From Adineta vaga (Eukaryota > Animalia > Rotifera), in NCBI GenBank assembly GCA_021613535.1, contig CP075496.1, positions 13,392,001 to 13,456,000 of the forward strand: 64,000 nt of DNA, given 5' to 3'. Below the pieces are notes generated by a model. The model saw nothing but the letters and a program-made list of their open reading frames with translations. It made no database searches and was not told where the DNA came from. Below, in pieces: positions 13,591 to 27,538 of the stretch. Every line of letters begins with the position of its first letter. Within the stretch, counting starts at the first letter, position 1. A program made the position numbers and the translations under genes.

Positions 13591-14798
13591 TTCGGCAAAT
13601 GATAATTTGATCTACAAAATATAATGGAGACAAATATATTATGACTAAAGACCCACCACTGTACCAATTTCTTCGTGCGTTTGTTATCAGTAATAGTAAA
13701 TCTATTAATATCAATCGTTGGCAAATGATCTGACATGACATCTTCTAATTATATTTCAGAAAATGAAAATTTCTTAGAACTGAATATAGTCTCATTGTAG
13801 AATTTATAATTATATCCAAAAGTTACATTAATAGAAATCCTATGAAAGTGCACGGTGATCTGTGTGTTCAAAACTGAGATGAACACGAGCCGGACTTTCC
13901 AAAATATAAGCCGAACCGAACCAAGTTACATATTTTTAAACATTCTCTTAGTAATAAATAAAATTGTTTATCGTTACTTGCAGTTCATTCGACTTGTTCG
14001 TTGGAGTGATTTTTCGCGTAAAAATGCATTGCCTTAAGGTCCACAATTTTATTTATTTTAAAGATGATACTCGTCGTCGAGAGAAATATTATCGAAAAAT
14101 AGGACTAGAAATGGATGTAAAAGAAACAGAGATGAAAGTCAGATCAGAACAAGTAGTACTTCACCGGCTGCTGGAGAAGTTTGTATTTCTCTTCGCTATT
14201 AGTGAATTTTTCAAGTTTTCGCAAATCTTTGAAAGTCCTTGAGAAGATCCTTTGGAATTAAAAGAATTCCACTTAAATTCTAGATGGTTTTAGAAAAATT
14301 AAGAAGAGATGAGAAAACTTTGAAATATTTTTGACCAACCTCTATACTTTTCAAAAATATAGGAAAAACGTCGATCCTCGGATATTGTTCGCATTCGTGT
14401 GGTTCTGCATAAAGATTTACAACTTGGACATCTGACTTTTTATAAACTAACTTTTCGATAATTTTCGACTGGGTATTATTAGATTCGGCAGTGCGACTTT
14501 GGTGAATAACATGCCTGCAAAATTATCAACGATATCTTGTAATCATACATCTACAGCATATATAATCGCATGTAGTTTTAAACGTTCTACCACAAATATC
14601 TTTGATCTTCAGCTCATGATTTCATGTTTCAAGTTTTTCAACTTAAAAATAGAAGTATGAAATCAATTTAGTGATAATTACACATATGCTAGCATATGTA
14701 TTAATCTTAGATACATTGGTTTGGTTGCGACGCTGAACCGAATTGCCCCATTCTTTTGCTCGAAAGTACTGGTATCTGCTGAAATATATGGTATGCTA

Positions 14799-14858
14799 AA
14801 AACAAAAAAGGAGTTCTTCGAAATCTAAGAGGGTTTCGAAGAACTCCTTTTTTGTTTT
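14799..14858. repeat. Perfect 25-bp inverted repeat with 10-nt spacer (possible mini-MITE)
   Basis: AAAACAAAAAAGGAGTTCTTCGAAA (14799-14823) and TTTCGAAGAACTCCTTTTTTGTTTT (14834-14858) are exact reverse complements. Confidence 0.9.
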
Positions 14859-17800
14859 CCGTGTAGCGGTTGCAGTGTTAGTGGTCGTCCTACCATGTTT
14901 TATTTCGTTTCTAATACTTACTACCATTGTACTGTTAAACCTATGCCTTTTTCACTCAGCTGAAATAAATAAAAACACTTAACTGTCGTAAGAAATGAAA
15001 AATCGCGTCTGCTGAAAAAGAAACTAAATAATACATGATTTTCTTGTGCTCCTTGATTGTGATTCATGTGTTTTCATCCATCACGAATAATGTTCTCGTA
15101 AAGACTGTTCTTATATCTCACATCTACAACTCCGCTTTTCATCTAAGACCATGGTGACGATCGTCTTGTTTATTAAATAGAGAAAATGTTAAGCATAAAG
15201 AGAATCATTGATGAACCGTTCTGAGGGTAGGGATGCATCCAGTTCAACGTTTTGGTATAAGTTTCGGGCTCGGTACACTTTTAATTCAGTGAAATGTATG
15301 AAAAGCAAACGAAAACTGTCTCAAGAGGTATGCTATTGCTAAAAAAGAAAGAGAGAAAAGACAGTGCGCAGTCACATTTCTCTAGCAGTTGCAAGGCCAC
15401 TTAACGTCCACAATATGTAAATAATCAGAAAAAAGTTCTGTTTTTTTTCACATTCTGAGATGAATATTGAAAGACATTTACCTCACTTCTAAAAAAGAGT
15501 GGTACGAGGATGTAGATTGCAAAATCATTAGTTTTCATACCACCAAACGATAACGGAATATTTGTTTAATATAATTCTGCTAGATATGAGTAAATACAAA
15601 TTACCAGTCGCATTTTCCCTCACTCAAGAATCAAATTTAAGTTTTATTTGTAACGCTTCTATATATATAGAGAGAGATAGATAGCTCGGAAAAATCAATG
15701 TTTGCTTGAAGTTTCAATCGAAATAGAAAGTTAAATATGAACAAGGATTTTTCTTCTCTTTGGTCTTCCGATAATAACATTTATAATTCATGAAGCTCGG
15801 GCATTACAGCCAAATAGAATGATCGTTATATTATACCAAGTGGGAATCAATGGTTTTTTTATTTGCACTTATGAGTCTTTTTGAAGAAGATGAAGCATTT
15901 GCAATCATCGAGCTACTACAGATGAATTATTTGACATTATGTGCAGAATTGACAGAAATTAAGAAAACATTTTTTTCAAATTGTAGACGCACCGCGTATC
16001 TTGGTAGAAAATTTTGACAATTCTGCCATTTTTCTCGTTGTTCAAGTAATGACAAATAAATTATGTGTCATTCAGTGTAGTTTCGATGATCAAATACTAT
16101 TTACTACAGTGCATTGGTCAATAACGATAAAGATTTTCCCATATCCTCAAATATTTCTTTGTTTAGTCTTTATTTGTAAACGTTAATTGTACTCCATGAT
16201 TTTTTTGGAATTATAAGAAACTATGTCAAGCATTGAATTAGAAAACTTTTCCAATTTAAAACTCTTTGATAGAAGCTTCTTCCTGTGTAGATTCGCATTG
16301 TATGAAATTTCTGGAAACTCCTTGCGGACGGTTGCTCAAGAGACATGATTCTTTACTTTTAGTTATTTGTCCTATGAATTTGTAGAAAATAATTTGATTA
16401 AAACCAAAATTCGTGATACATTGATATTTTCATTTTAGTTCGCAGCACATATCATGAAACTATCTGAATTCTATACTTATTTATTTATATGAAGATTTTT
16501 CAATAAAATATTAGTCTTTATTTAAGTTATATCATTTTATAATATGCAATATTATTGAGAATATCAATTATTACTATAATCTGTTATTTTTTTTCATCTT
16601 CAATTGAAATATTTTGATTATACTTTATATGATTCACCTTCAAAGAAAATTTATGCCGTAGTCGACAGTGACAATATCTTCAAACTTTAAACTCATTCAC
16701 ACATGGTTCATTACTCATGTTAGCAGTATACATACATAACGAACGAACTTCATTTCTTCGATAAAACACCTCAAATTTTCATATTGATACCTTCGATTGA
16801 TTTAGTCTTGAATATATATGTATATATCTTCTGCTTCATTTGACATGTAGTGTGAATACAGTTGCCCGAGCTTTTTAAGTAATTTTCGATTATTCTGAAA
16901 GCATAATTTAGTGTCGTGCAAATCGAATGAGATGAAATCTGTTTGTGCAGATATTATACTTCAAACAATATTTTTCTACGAAGAAAGGTTTTTCTTTGTT
17001 AAATATCATCATCAATACCTATTTATGAATGACAATCATTTTCTCAATCGACCATAAATCTCTCAAATAAAATGTAAAACTCTAATTGGAGGACATAAAA
17101 AATTCTTTTTTTTTCTTTTCGAATTTGACTGATTTATAGATCTTTTTCCGTTCTTTTGAATAACCGTTGATAAAAGCTTGTGATAAATTAATCCTATTAA
17201 ATCGTTGCGCAAACAATCGACAAGAGAGCGTATGTATATGTCGCACGCTTGCCTATCCGATGACATTCGTAAAGCAACGATAACAGCGACGAAATTGGAG
17301 ATGCCAAATGAGCAAGTAATCCTATCAAACCTAAAAGGATAGAGAGTGAATACTCAAAGCTGTCATATGCTTGTATATTGATGTTGTTTTTAAATAGGAG
17401 ACGAAGAAGGAAGAAGAGAGAATGAAATTGAAGAAAAAAAGTAAAATATGACGATCGATGAGATATAGCAATTCATATGCCATACGCACACTTGAATCAA
17501 TCCACTTTACTTTTGCACTACATTTAGTAGATTTCTTGTAATGTATAGACAAGAACGACACAAACGTCGACAAGGTTGTTTTTATTATGCTTCGACCGAT
17601 ATGATTTCTCTTACAAGCATGATCATCATCTAACAACTGTTCTCTCCTCTCAAGAGCAGTATGTGCTTGCAAGCCAGCAAGAAACAGAGAGAGAGAGAAT
17701 GATGGCGAAATTTTATCTTGAAGTAAGAGAAGAGGGAGAGAGATTCTTACAGTTCTTATCACGATTCATGCATATATACTATAGCACATTTTACTATCAA

Positions 17801-18713
17801 GTGGAAAGCAAAAGAAGGAGGGGGCAATTATAGATGCAACCACGCTTTGAACATATTCTTGTATAAAGAAAAAAAAGAAAGAAAAGAAGGTAGAAGAAGA
17901 AAAAAAATCGAATTATCGGCTAATGGAAAAATATTGTATTTCCCTTACTCTCGTTTGTCATTCACACGTCAGTATTTTTATCCAATCATATTTTAACACA
18001 AAATATTTGTTGCATGCTTAATAGTAGAGATTTTTTTTTCAAATAGTCAAAAAAATATATTTTTTTGAAGTAGAAATAATTATATTACATTATTACAAAA
18101 AAAAACATCGATACAGCAAGTTTATTATCAAGTAATAACAAACATATTCATGAGGTGTACATATATATGTATATGGATGATTAAATGTCGCATGGTTTCG
18201 TTTTTTTTCCTATTAAACAAACAAAACATCAGCAAAATGTGAAATTTGAATATGAATGTTATTATAATATAAAATGAACTCGAAAAGAACAGAACAGAAC
18301 ATAAATTTTCTTATTGTTCACTCTTTATATGATATACGAATGACACTTGCCCGCTTCGCAACTAATAGGTCACCCGATCAATAATTAGACTAGCTGTAAA
18401 ACAGACCATATAGAAGTTTTACTTTCTTCTCTTTCTTCTTCTTCTTCCATAAATTCATCGGATCAATTCATAACAATAGTAGCGGTGAAGACTGCACGAA
18501 AAAGAAAATTTCAATCACGATTCTTTTGCTTTGGGCTGTCTCTTTTTTTCAGTCATTCTGTGGGTATGTAGCGGAATGAATGAATAAATGAATGAATGAG
18601 TTGAATAGCAAAGGAGAGCGCCGTAAGGTTCATGTCAATTTCACTAGAACATTTTTCGTTTCATATACGACAAGAAAACAGTGAAAGGAGGAGAGAAAGC
18701 GAAAGAAGAAGCG

Positions 18714-18735
18714 AAGGAGGAGGAGGAGGAGGAGG
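18714..18735. repeat. (GAG)n microsatellite
   Basis: Direct GAG/AGG trinucleotide run. Confidence 0.8.
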
Positions 18736-19081
18736 TTAAAGAGAGAGGAACACCACTGGCATCAATTGAGTATCAATCAATTTAAAAAACCCCCTATCTC
18801 GTGATTACTTGAGCTTTTTACAATATGTATTCACGCAGTGTATACTGGTATCGTACTCAAATAAGAGCATGAATGAATGATGCAATAAAGAACAACGATG
18901 AGGTAGAGTATAAAGAATCCACTGTACACATTGTAAGACATAGCTGAATAAATTAGAACAGAGACATAGACGCACACGCACGCACGCACGCACACACAAA
19001 AACACATATTTAATGATTATCATTCATTCTCGCTTTTTCATCATCTCATCATCACAGTATTGCTTAGTCGATTTGGTTTTC

Positions 19082-19084
<3 letters not shown>

Positions 19085-19110
<26 letters not shown>
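19085..19110. repeat. (AT)n microsatellite in FoxA 3' region
   Basis: Direct AT dinucleotide run. Confidence 0.85.
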
Positions 19111-19118
<8 letters not shown>

Positions 19119-19147
19119 TTTCGCTTTGTTGCTGTCTTGTTATGTCT

Positions 19148-20746
19148 CTAAAGCCGAACCGGCTGTTGAAAGTCAACAACATTGTTGCTTGATATAACTG
19201 TTGATGAAGATGTCGGAGGAAATTGTGTAAAATAATAGGGAGATGATCCTTGCGGATGAAGTGAATTAGTTGATGATGATGGTGATGATTCAGCTGGATA
19301 ATAATTTGTTGTATTTGTGGATGTTGAACCATTATTAGAATAGACAATATCGGTTGGTGTTGTACTAGATGGAAATGGTTGTAAATTAGCATAAATAGGA
19401 GTGTGAGGAATTGAAATAAAACGTTGTTGCTGTTGTTGTTCACTTGAATAAAGTGGATGTGAATGATGATGAAGATGATGAGTAGGATGATGTTGAGTTT
19501 GAGGAGAACGAGGAACTGATTGGCATGTTTCATGCTGTTTAGATGAAGGAGAAATGAGAACACCGTTACCTATAAAAAAAAGATCGATTTTATATATATA
19601 TATACAATTATTTTTCTTTCATTTTTGAAACTTACCATTTTGTTGATGAAAGGCATCTTCACTTGTTGATAAAAGTTTTGGTATAGGTGCAGTAAAATGA
19701 TTTATAGTAACATTTGAATGATTCAATGAAATATGTGTTGGAGTTGATGATGACGTTCTTGTTAATGGCATATGAACTTGACTATCCATTAACATCGATT
19801 GATGATGTTCATCATCTCTTATATTGCCATTTTCAATTGATTCATTTTCATCTTCATCATCATCATCATCATCATCAGATACATCACTATTTGATGCTAA
19901 TGGATCAGTTTTATTCATATTTGTTGATGTAATACCCGATGTTGATTGTTGTTGTCCATTATTAGATGTTCGTGATCGACTTTTCGATGCTTGTTTTGTA
20001 CATTTGAAACGTTTTTGTCGTCGTAAATAACAACCATTTTCAAACATATTTCCAGCATCCGGATGTAATGTCCAATATGAACCTTTACCAGGACGATCAG
20101 GTCCACGTGGAACTTTAACAAAACAATCATTAAATGATAATGAATGACGAATAGAATTTTGCCAACGTTGTTGATTTTGTCGATAGTATGGAAATACATT
20201 CATAATAAATGAATAAATATCATTCAATGTGACCATTCCTGTTGGTGCATGTTGTATTGCCATTGTAATTAAACTGATATATGAATACGGTGGTTTCGAT
20301 GGTGTATTACCACGTCGATTCCCAGATGGTGCATTTGTTGTGGTCGTCGATTGTTGACGTGATACTAAATCGTTATTGTTTTTTTCTACTGAATGATTGA
20401 CATCATAAGGTGATTGTGTTAACATATAACTCGATGATTGTAATGGTTGTGAATTGTCATAATAATGCATTGTTGGTGTCTCTAATTCAATTTTTGTCGT
20501 TGGAAGTGATTGAACAGGTACAAGAGTTGCATAATTTAAATGTTGTGATTCAGCAATGATATGTCGTTGTTGTTGTTGTTGTTGCGACAGTAACGATGAT
20601 GATGATGATGATTGTGGTGGTGGTGGTGGTAGTAGTGGTGATTGAATATGTAGAAGTTCATTTAATTCTGGTTTAAATTCAGGTGTAGTATTATTTGATG
20701 ATGATGATGTCGATTCATCTCCGATACTAGTATGATGATTGTGCAT
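19148..20746 (-). CDS. FoxA: Forkhead box A (HNF3/fork head) transcription factor, paralogue 1, 2 exons
   Basis: [15 protein letters not shown]...[54 protein letters not shown] is diagnostic for FoxA. A phase-1 intron (~19570-19635) leads to an open exon 2 ending at TAG 19148-19150. Confidence 0.92.
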
Positions 20747-23061
20747 TCTGACTCTTGTTCTTCTCTGAATTCTTTTTTTTTTGTTTGACTTTTATTTTTC
20801 TTCTTTTTCTCTTCTCGTTTATGTGAAAAAAAAAGAGAACATACACAAAGTCAATAAGTATTTGGATTGATGGATAGTGGTGATCGTTGTCGTCGTCTCG
20901 ACCACTATTTGATCATCATTTAAAAATTAAAGGATATCTTGCTTGTTCGCGTGTATTGTAGACAACGTCAATTCGAATACAAACAAATCTTTCGACGAGA
21001 ACGATGACGGCAACAACAACCAATGCAACGAATCCTCGTCGAGCAAAGAGAGAAAAACGGAAATGAATCCCTCAAGTAAAAAGTCTGCTTTCTATTCTCT
21101 CCTTTTTCTCTCTTTCTCTCTATCGTGTTCTTTTTTTCTTCTCTCGTCGTTTGTCGTCGTACAGCACGATCAAAAGCTCTTCTCGTCGTCTTCTTCTTCT
21201 TCTTCTTTTTTCCTCTATTCAACGACATTTTGCTGCATATAAGCGCCCGCTTTTATTATAATTCAGCTATTCAACGGACGAATCAGTTCTTCTCTTTTCT
21301 TGCACACTTTTAACCATTACAGACAAGCAGAAAAAAAAAGAAAGCGAGAACGAGAAAAAAAGAAAAGAAAGAAATCGAGAGTACGTGCTATTTCGTCTAA
21401 AAATGTCGTCACTATAGTGTGCAGTTGAGTTACAATGAATTGTCAAGAAAAACCTGAGTCAAGAAGCAAAAGAGAAAAAAACATACGAGAGAGAGAGACG
21501 AAGAAGGGAGGGTTTGATTTCTTATCTATGTAAATGACGAGAAAAGAGGTGAAAAAAAAGCAAAGGCTAAGACTCAGACACAAACAGTCCTTTTTTTGTA
21601 ATACGTAAAAAAGAAGAAAAAATCTCGTTATATGATTCGTCAAAAAAAAAAGAAATGCGTTTTTTTCTTTAAAGACGGACTTTCCTGACGAATGAAAAGA
21701 AAACAGTAAAAACGAGCTATTCTTATCAGTTGAAGGAGAATATTATGTATGTAGACTTGTTGTTAAGATTGATATGAAGATAAATATGCGAATGAACAAC
21801 TTTTTTTTCTCTATGTGAAAAGATAATCTCTGATCATTTGAATTTCTCTTCTTTTCCGTTATCGTTTGTTTATTACAACTTACCTTTAGAAATAATTATC
21901 AATTTTGAAATTAGACTTGTTGATGCTGTACTTGTCAAAAGTATCCTATGTTGTACTATACTCATTTGTTCGTGTTGAATGTATATTTGTGTGTGCACTA
22001 CTAACTATGTGAGCAAGTAGTGAAGAAAAAAACGAGAGAAATTCTGTGTACATACGTCTCACTACTACTAAAGTTTTGTTTGTTGTAAATAGAGCGTCTC
22101 GTCGACACACATACATACAATGTGTAAAAAGAAGAGAAAGTTTCACTGAGCGAACATACATCACAGGAAGACGAGAGAGGGATACGAGAGAGACACAAGT
22201 CGAACCTAATAGTAGCACAAATTTTTTGTACTTGTCATTATTCGTTATGTGCACATATGTGTGTCAAGAATAAATACATATAATAGGGAACAAATATTTG
22301 CTCAAAGACGACGCAGAAAAGTAGTTCTTCATTATAATATAACTGTAAGTGAATAGGAGAAATGCTTTCTGTCGTCATCATCATCATCATCAAATGGAAA
22401 TTTATAAAGAAAGAACAACAAACTAACAGATTTCAAATTATTCTGATTATCAGTAAAGCTGCTCATTTTCTTTGCGAAAAAGAAAAAACAAGCCGATATC
22501 AATAGATAGTTAGTCAACAAAAGAATCCTATCGATTACATGATATAAGAGATATTCTTTCACAAACGGATGTCACATATCGCATAGACAAAATTTTCTTC
22601 ATTTCTGCTTTTTCCTTCTCCAACCATATGTTCATATTCGTATATGCCTGTATAGCGAGAGAGAGAGTGAAAGCGGAAGACTAATCCTTCTTGCACGTAC
22701 ATATTTTTCATTGTTTGCTGAACGTGCATATATTGGAGCTACCTGTCTGATGAAAATTGATAACCAAGACGAAGAAAAAAAAAGATCAATCAAGATTTTG
22801 ACAATCATGTCTTTCTGTAGCTGAGAATAAGAAATTGCACATATAGATATATAGAGATATATTGACATACGCACACACATACATACGCACAAAGTATATT
22901 GAGAAGACAGAAAACAAAAAAAAACGAAGAAATAGAAGAAAAACACCGCGTAGAATTTGATCATAATTTGTATTTTTTGGTTGTTTTGTATTATGTATGG
23001 AAATTAAGAAAGAGACTAGGTTAAATTTGAAGAAAGAAAGAGAGAGAGAGAAACAACGATA

Positions 23062-24265
23062 TTAAGAGGGTGAATTGGTATTATTATTAGTGTAATAATA
23101 ATTATTGGTATTTGTTGGATCCAAATAATTACTTGTTGTTTCATGACCAGTCATTGTTGAATAGAATGATTTGAAATCTGCTTGACCACTGATAAGATCA
23201 TCGATTCGAAATGTACCAGGTGGTGGAATTTGATGTAAAAATGCTGCTGCTGCGGCTGACGTTGTTGTTGGATCAATTGCATGAAAATATTGAGGATTAT
23301 GTTCGGAAGTTAAATATTGTAGACCATTATTATTTGGGTCATAATTTTGAGATGGATAGATGGATGAAGATGTTGGATGATGATGATGATGATATTCTGT
23401 TTTAATCATAGGCATTGGTTCATTCGAATAGGTTGTTTGTGATGGGAGTTGTGAATATTGTTGCTGAGGATGGTGATAATATTGTTGTGCTAATGGAAGA
23501 GTTAAAGATTCGGATGCTGTCGCTTGTCGTGGTGATGAACCTGGTGAATCAAGTCTTCCCATTGTATTATCGGATAATGGTGATGATGATGAATGAGATT
23601 TATTTAGATTTAAATTGCCTATTTTATCTTTAGTTGTTGTTTTGGATTTATTTGGATCTCTTGTTCTATCTTTGACTTTGAAACGTTTCTGTCGTCGTAA
23701 ATAACAACCATTTTCAAACATATTTCCACTATCAGGATGTAATGTCCAAAACGAACCTTTACCTGGACGTTCACTACTACGTGGAACTTTAATAAAACAA
23801 TCATTAAATGATAATGAATGGCGAATGGAATTTTGCCAACGTTGTTGATTTTGTCGGTAATATGCATAACGATCTTGAATATATTGATAGATTTGTGATA
23901 GAGTACACATACGATCGGGTGAACCATTGATAGCATGAGTAATTAATGAAATATCTTAAAAAGAAGAGAAAAAAAGAATATTCAATAATAAATTTGTCAA
24001 TCTTTTCTATTCGTTTATATAACTTACAAGAATAGGGTGGTTTGGATGCTGCATATCGCCGTGCATAACCAAGACTAGCGGGAGGAGGAGGTGGTTGTAA
24101 TGATGAATTATTTGGTGATGTTTGTTGAATTGGATTATTATTATTGGCAGCAGATATTTGCGTTAAGTAAGCTCCATTATTTGATGGCCAAAGATCAGCT
24201 AGATTCGGATTTCCATCGAGTTCATTTGAAGGTATTAATGAATATGACGACGTATTACGATCCAT
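23062..24265 (-). CDS. FoxA: Forkhead box A transcription factor, paralogue 2, 2 exons
   Basis: [11 protein letters not shown]|YISLITHAI...[51 protein letters not shown]. Intron 23955-24027. C-terminal eh1-like FRIDDLI. Confidence 0.92.
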
Positions 24266-27200
24266 GTTATTTTTTTTATGTCATCATTTAAAACGTTGTT
24301 TTGTTTTTGAAATAAATTTATAGAGTCTCTGTTCTTGTCGTATGTGTATGTGCGTGTGCGTGTATGCGCGCAGAACTTGGTGTGTCAATGTAATGTTTGT
24401 AAGAGATGCAGAAGGAAGAAGAGAAAAGAAAAGAAAAAATGTGGGTGACAAGAAGAAAACGAAGAGGAGGAAAAAAAGGGAAATACGCGAGTGTAATTGA
24501 AGTGAAGAAGAGCCGATTGGCTGACCGTATACATAGATATATATATTCCGTTTTTTTTCTCTTCCCTTTTCTCTCCTTTTTTTCTTTCTTAACATCCTTT
24601 TGCCAATTGATCGATTTCCGGATGACCATCCGTGTAGAGAACAAGGTCAATTGGTTAAAAATAAAAATCTCTTCAATACATGTCTCGTCGTTGTAGTCAA
24701 ATAGTCGGATGAACAATTAGAGATCGAAAGTATCAACAGTTAATCCATCAAGGAGAGAAAAAAACGAAGAGCTTATTGATTATCATTAAATAAAAATGAA
24801 TCCAACAAGCGCATAATGCCGACGTCTAGTATGTTGTTCTATCCCATCGATTTGAATCTCAAACCGATTCTTTATTTACTTTTCATTCGTCGTCAAGCCT
24901 TTTTTTTCTTTGAAGCTTTTCACTGATTAGATGATGAGAGCGACACATCATCATCATCATCATTCAATGTTTTCTTTACGATTTTAAATTATCCTTTTTT
25001 TTCTCTCTTATTTCAATATAAATTTTTTCCGATGATACAAAAGGTATATGTGTGACTTGGAATATTTTTGTTATTGTTGATAGAAATGATTTGATTCTTT
25101 GAGAGAGAGATAGAGAAGAAAAAAAAGGCGAAAAGTATGAACATCAAAAGGGATATAATAATCAGACAGAAAAATTGACTGAGTATATGTGTATATGAGC
25201 TTTATCGAGAGTAGGTGCAATTGTCTTCTATGTTCTTCGGTTAACGGCATTTCACATTGAAGATAGATAGAAAATATTTCGTTTGATCATTAAAACTCTG
25301 TCAATGAACGTTATGAAAACGATAAAATTGACACATGATTAAAAGAAATGATTTTCAAAGAAAGAAACAAAATCATCATGAGAAACTTTAGTTGGAATTT
25401 AACACTCACCAAAAAACTTTTTTCCTTGTTACATATTGATCAGACGATTCATAATAAAATATACATATATACCTATATGTATAATGTCTGCTTGTCGAAC
25501 AACAAGAATTGTCGTCTTCTACTTCTGTTCTTATTCTCACTTATGCTTGCATACATTGCTTCTCTTTCTATATTTACTAATTGAAGTTGCAGTAAATAAA
25601 TATTGAACAAACGCTTTCTCTCTCATTCTCATTTTCTCTCTTTCACGTACAAATATATTCCCTTTCGTGTGCATGTGTGCACACCGCACTATGTTTTTTA
25701 AAAACTATGTACACAAGAATAACGTCGTCCCTCTTGCTTTCTCGTTCTTCTGGTTTTTTTTCTTTTATTTTATTCTTAAGAATATGAGAAATAGAGAAGA
25801 AGAAGAAGAAGAATGAGAGAGAATCTTATGTTTTGTTTTATCGACAACGTAGTAGTAATTTTAATTCTTTTCTTTTTCATTTCGGGTTAAGTAAACATGC
25901 AGATGGTTGAATATGTACAATTCTGGCTGGCACTATGTTTAGCATATAAAATAATAAAAGTTTATGTGTTACAAGTTGGCAAACATAGAGATGGAGGATA
26001 TATTCGGATGTATAGTTCGACATTGACATGACCTGTCTGTTCGGATATATTTACTTTTCGAGCTTACACTCTTTTTCATTAGAATAGAGATGTGAAAATG
26101 GTCAACATATTGAATATGAAAGAATGAAACGGAAAAAATGTAAAATTAAGTCAACATTGATCTCCGTTTTCGTAATGAGAAAACTGAACAAGGAGACAAG
26201 ATGATGCTTTTCACTCCATTAATGTTCAATGAGATATGATGAGAAGAAATCATTCTTCTTAAGAAAAAAAAATTAGAGAGAAAACTATGATTGAATAGTT
26301 TCGAAAAATAATTCTAGTTAAACATTGTTCAATCATTGACATGAATAGTTCAATTATTTGATGGCTTCCTTTTTCTTTTTATTCTTTTTGCCAAGAGATA
26401 CAATCATAGAAGTGAAGATGAACATAAGGTTCCTATTATCGAACATATTGAAAGCGATTCTTAAGAATTGAATGAAGACAGTAAATACTCGAACATGCAT
26501 GATAAAATTTTCAACGAATTGATGTCTATTGGGCAAACTAATCAAAAAGAAAACTGGAATGAGTCGTAGGAGGATTGTCAATATTAGATATAGACGAACG
26601 AAAATCAATCATACATATGCATACAGAAAAAAAAAGAACTCACTTGAACGGCTTGCTCTATTACTGACAATGATGATAGTGATAATGATGCTCTTGGTTT
26701 ATTTGTCTGCTATGCCGATGTATGTGTGTGTATGCGTATGCAAAGAGAAAACGAAGGAGAATAAGTGAGGTGGCCACCACCATCAATTCGTCGCATCATT
26801 GTGTGGTTGACTAAATCAATATTTGCCCATTTTAAGTCGCTATTCTCGACACTGTCTTCTCATTGTCGTTTTCTTTTTCAAAGAAATATCTTTCGAACTA
26901 TTTGATTTAATGTAAAAGAAAAGATTGTCATCAATATGATAAATTTGTTTTAGAATAGATTAATGAAAAAGAAAAACTAATGAAGTTTTTAGTTTTGATT
27001 ATCAATTGAAATACTTTACAGTTAATCTTTAACGATAGAAACTGTATATTTGAACAATGTTCATATCTTCAGAAAAGAACAACAACAACAACCAAAAACA
27101 TTTTATCTACGTGTTGTTTATTCGAACAAAAAAAAATATTTTGTCTTTCGATTAGACTCCACGTCTTGTGTTGGTGTTTGATTATTCCAAATAGCAAATA

Positions 27201-27538
27201 TGTATGTACGATAGTAAATTGCCTACTTTGATGTAGATGACAGCATATTACGTTTCGTAATCGCTCTAAATAATTTCAAAATTTTCAATAGAAGTATAAA
27301 AATGAACTTGCTACGTATATAAACAATTACAATAAGTCGATATAAATTAGAATTTCGTTAAATATAATGTAATGATGAAATATTCCTATGCATTTATGCT
27401 ACTCAAATGTAATTACACTAATTACGCAAGTATGAACCAATCTGATTAGATGGTATAAAAGCGTTGAATATGATTCGTGTTTACTCGAAAAACTTCTTTC
27501 TATTTTATCTCTGTAGCAGAAGAAAATTTTCAAGTTCA

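Noticed and set aside
13850-14760. Possible degenerate transposon or gene remnant (CCGAACCGAACC subterminal-like repeat, 92-aa ORF)
   Set aside because: No matching terminal repeats or recognisable transposase/RT motifs.
15740-16470. Coding-like stretches suggesting a decayed gene
   Set aside because: Short, interrupted frames with no recognisable family.
17063-27400. Numerous 60-150 aa ORFs around the FoxA genes
   Set aside because: Low-complexity F/L/S/K products of purine/pyrimidine tracts and microsatellites, or shadows of FoxA exons.
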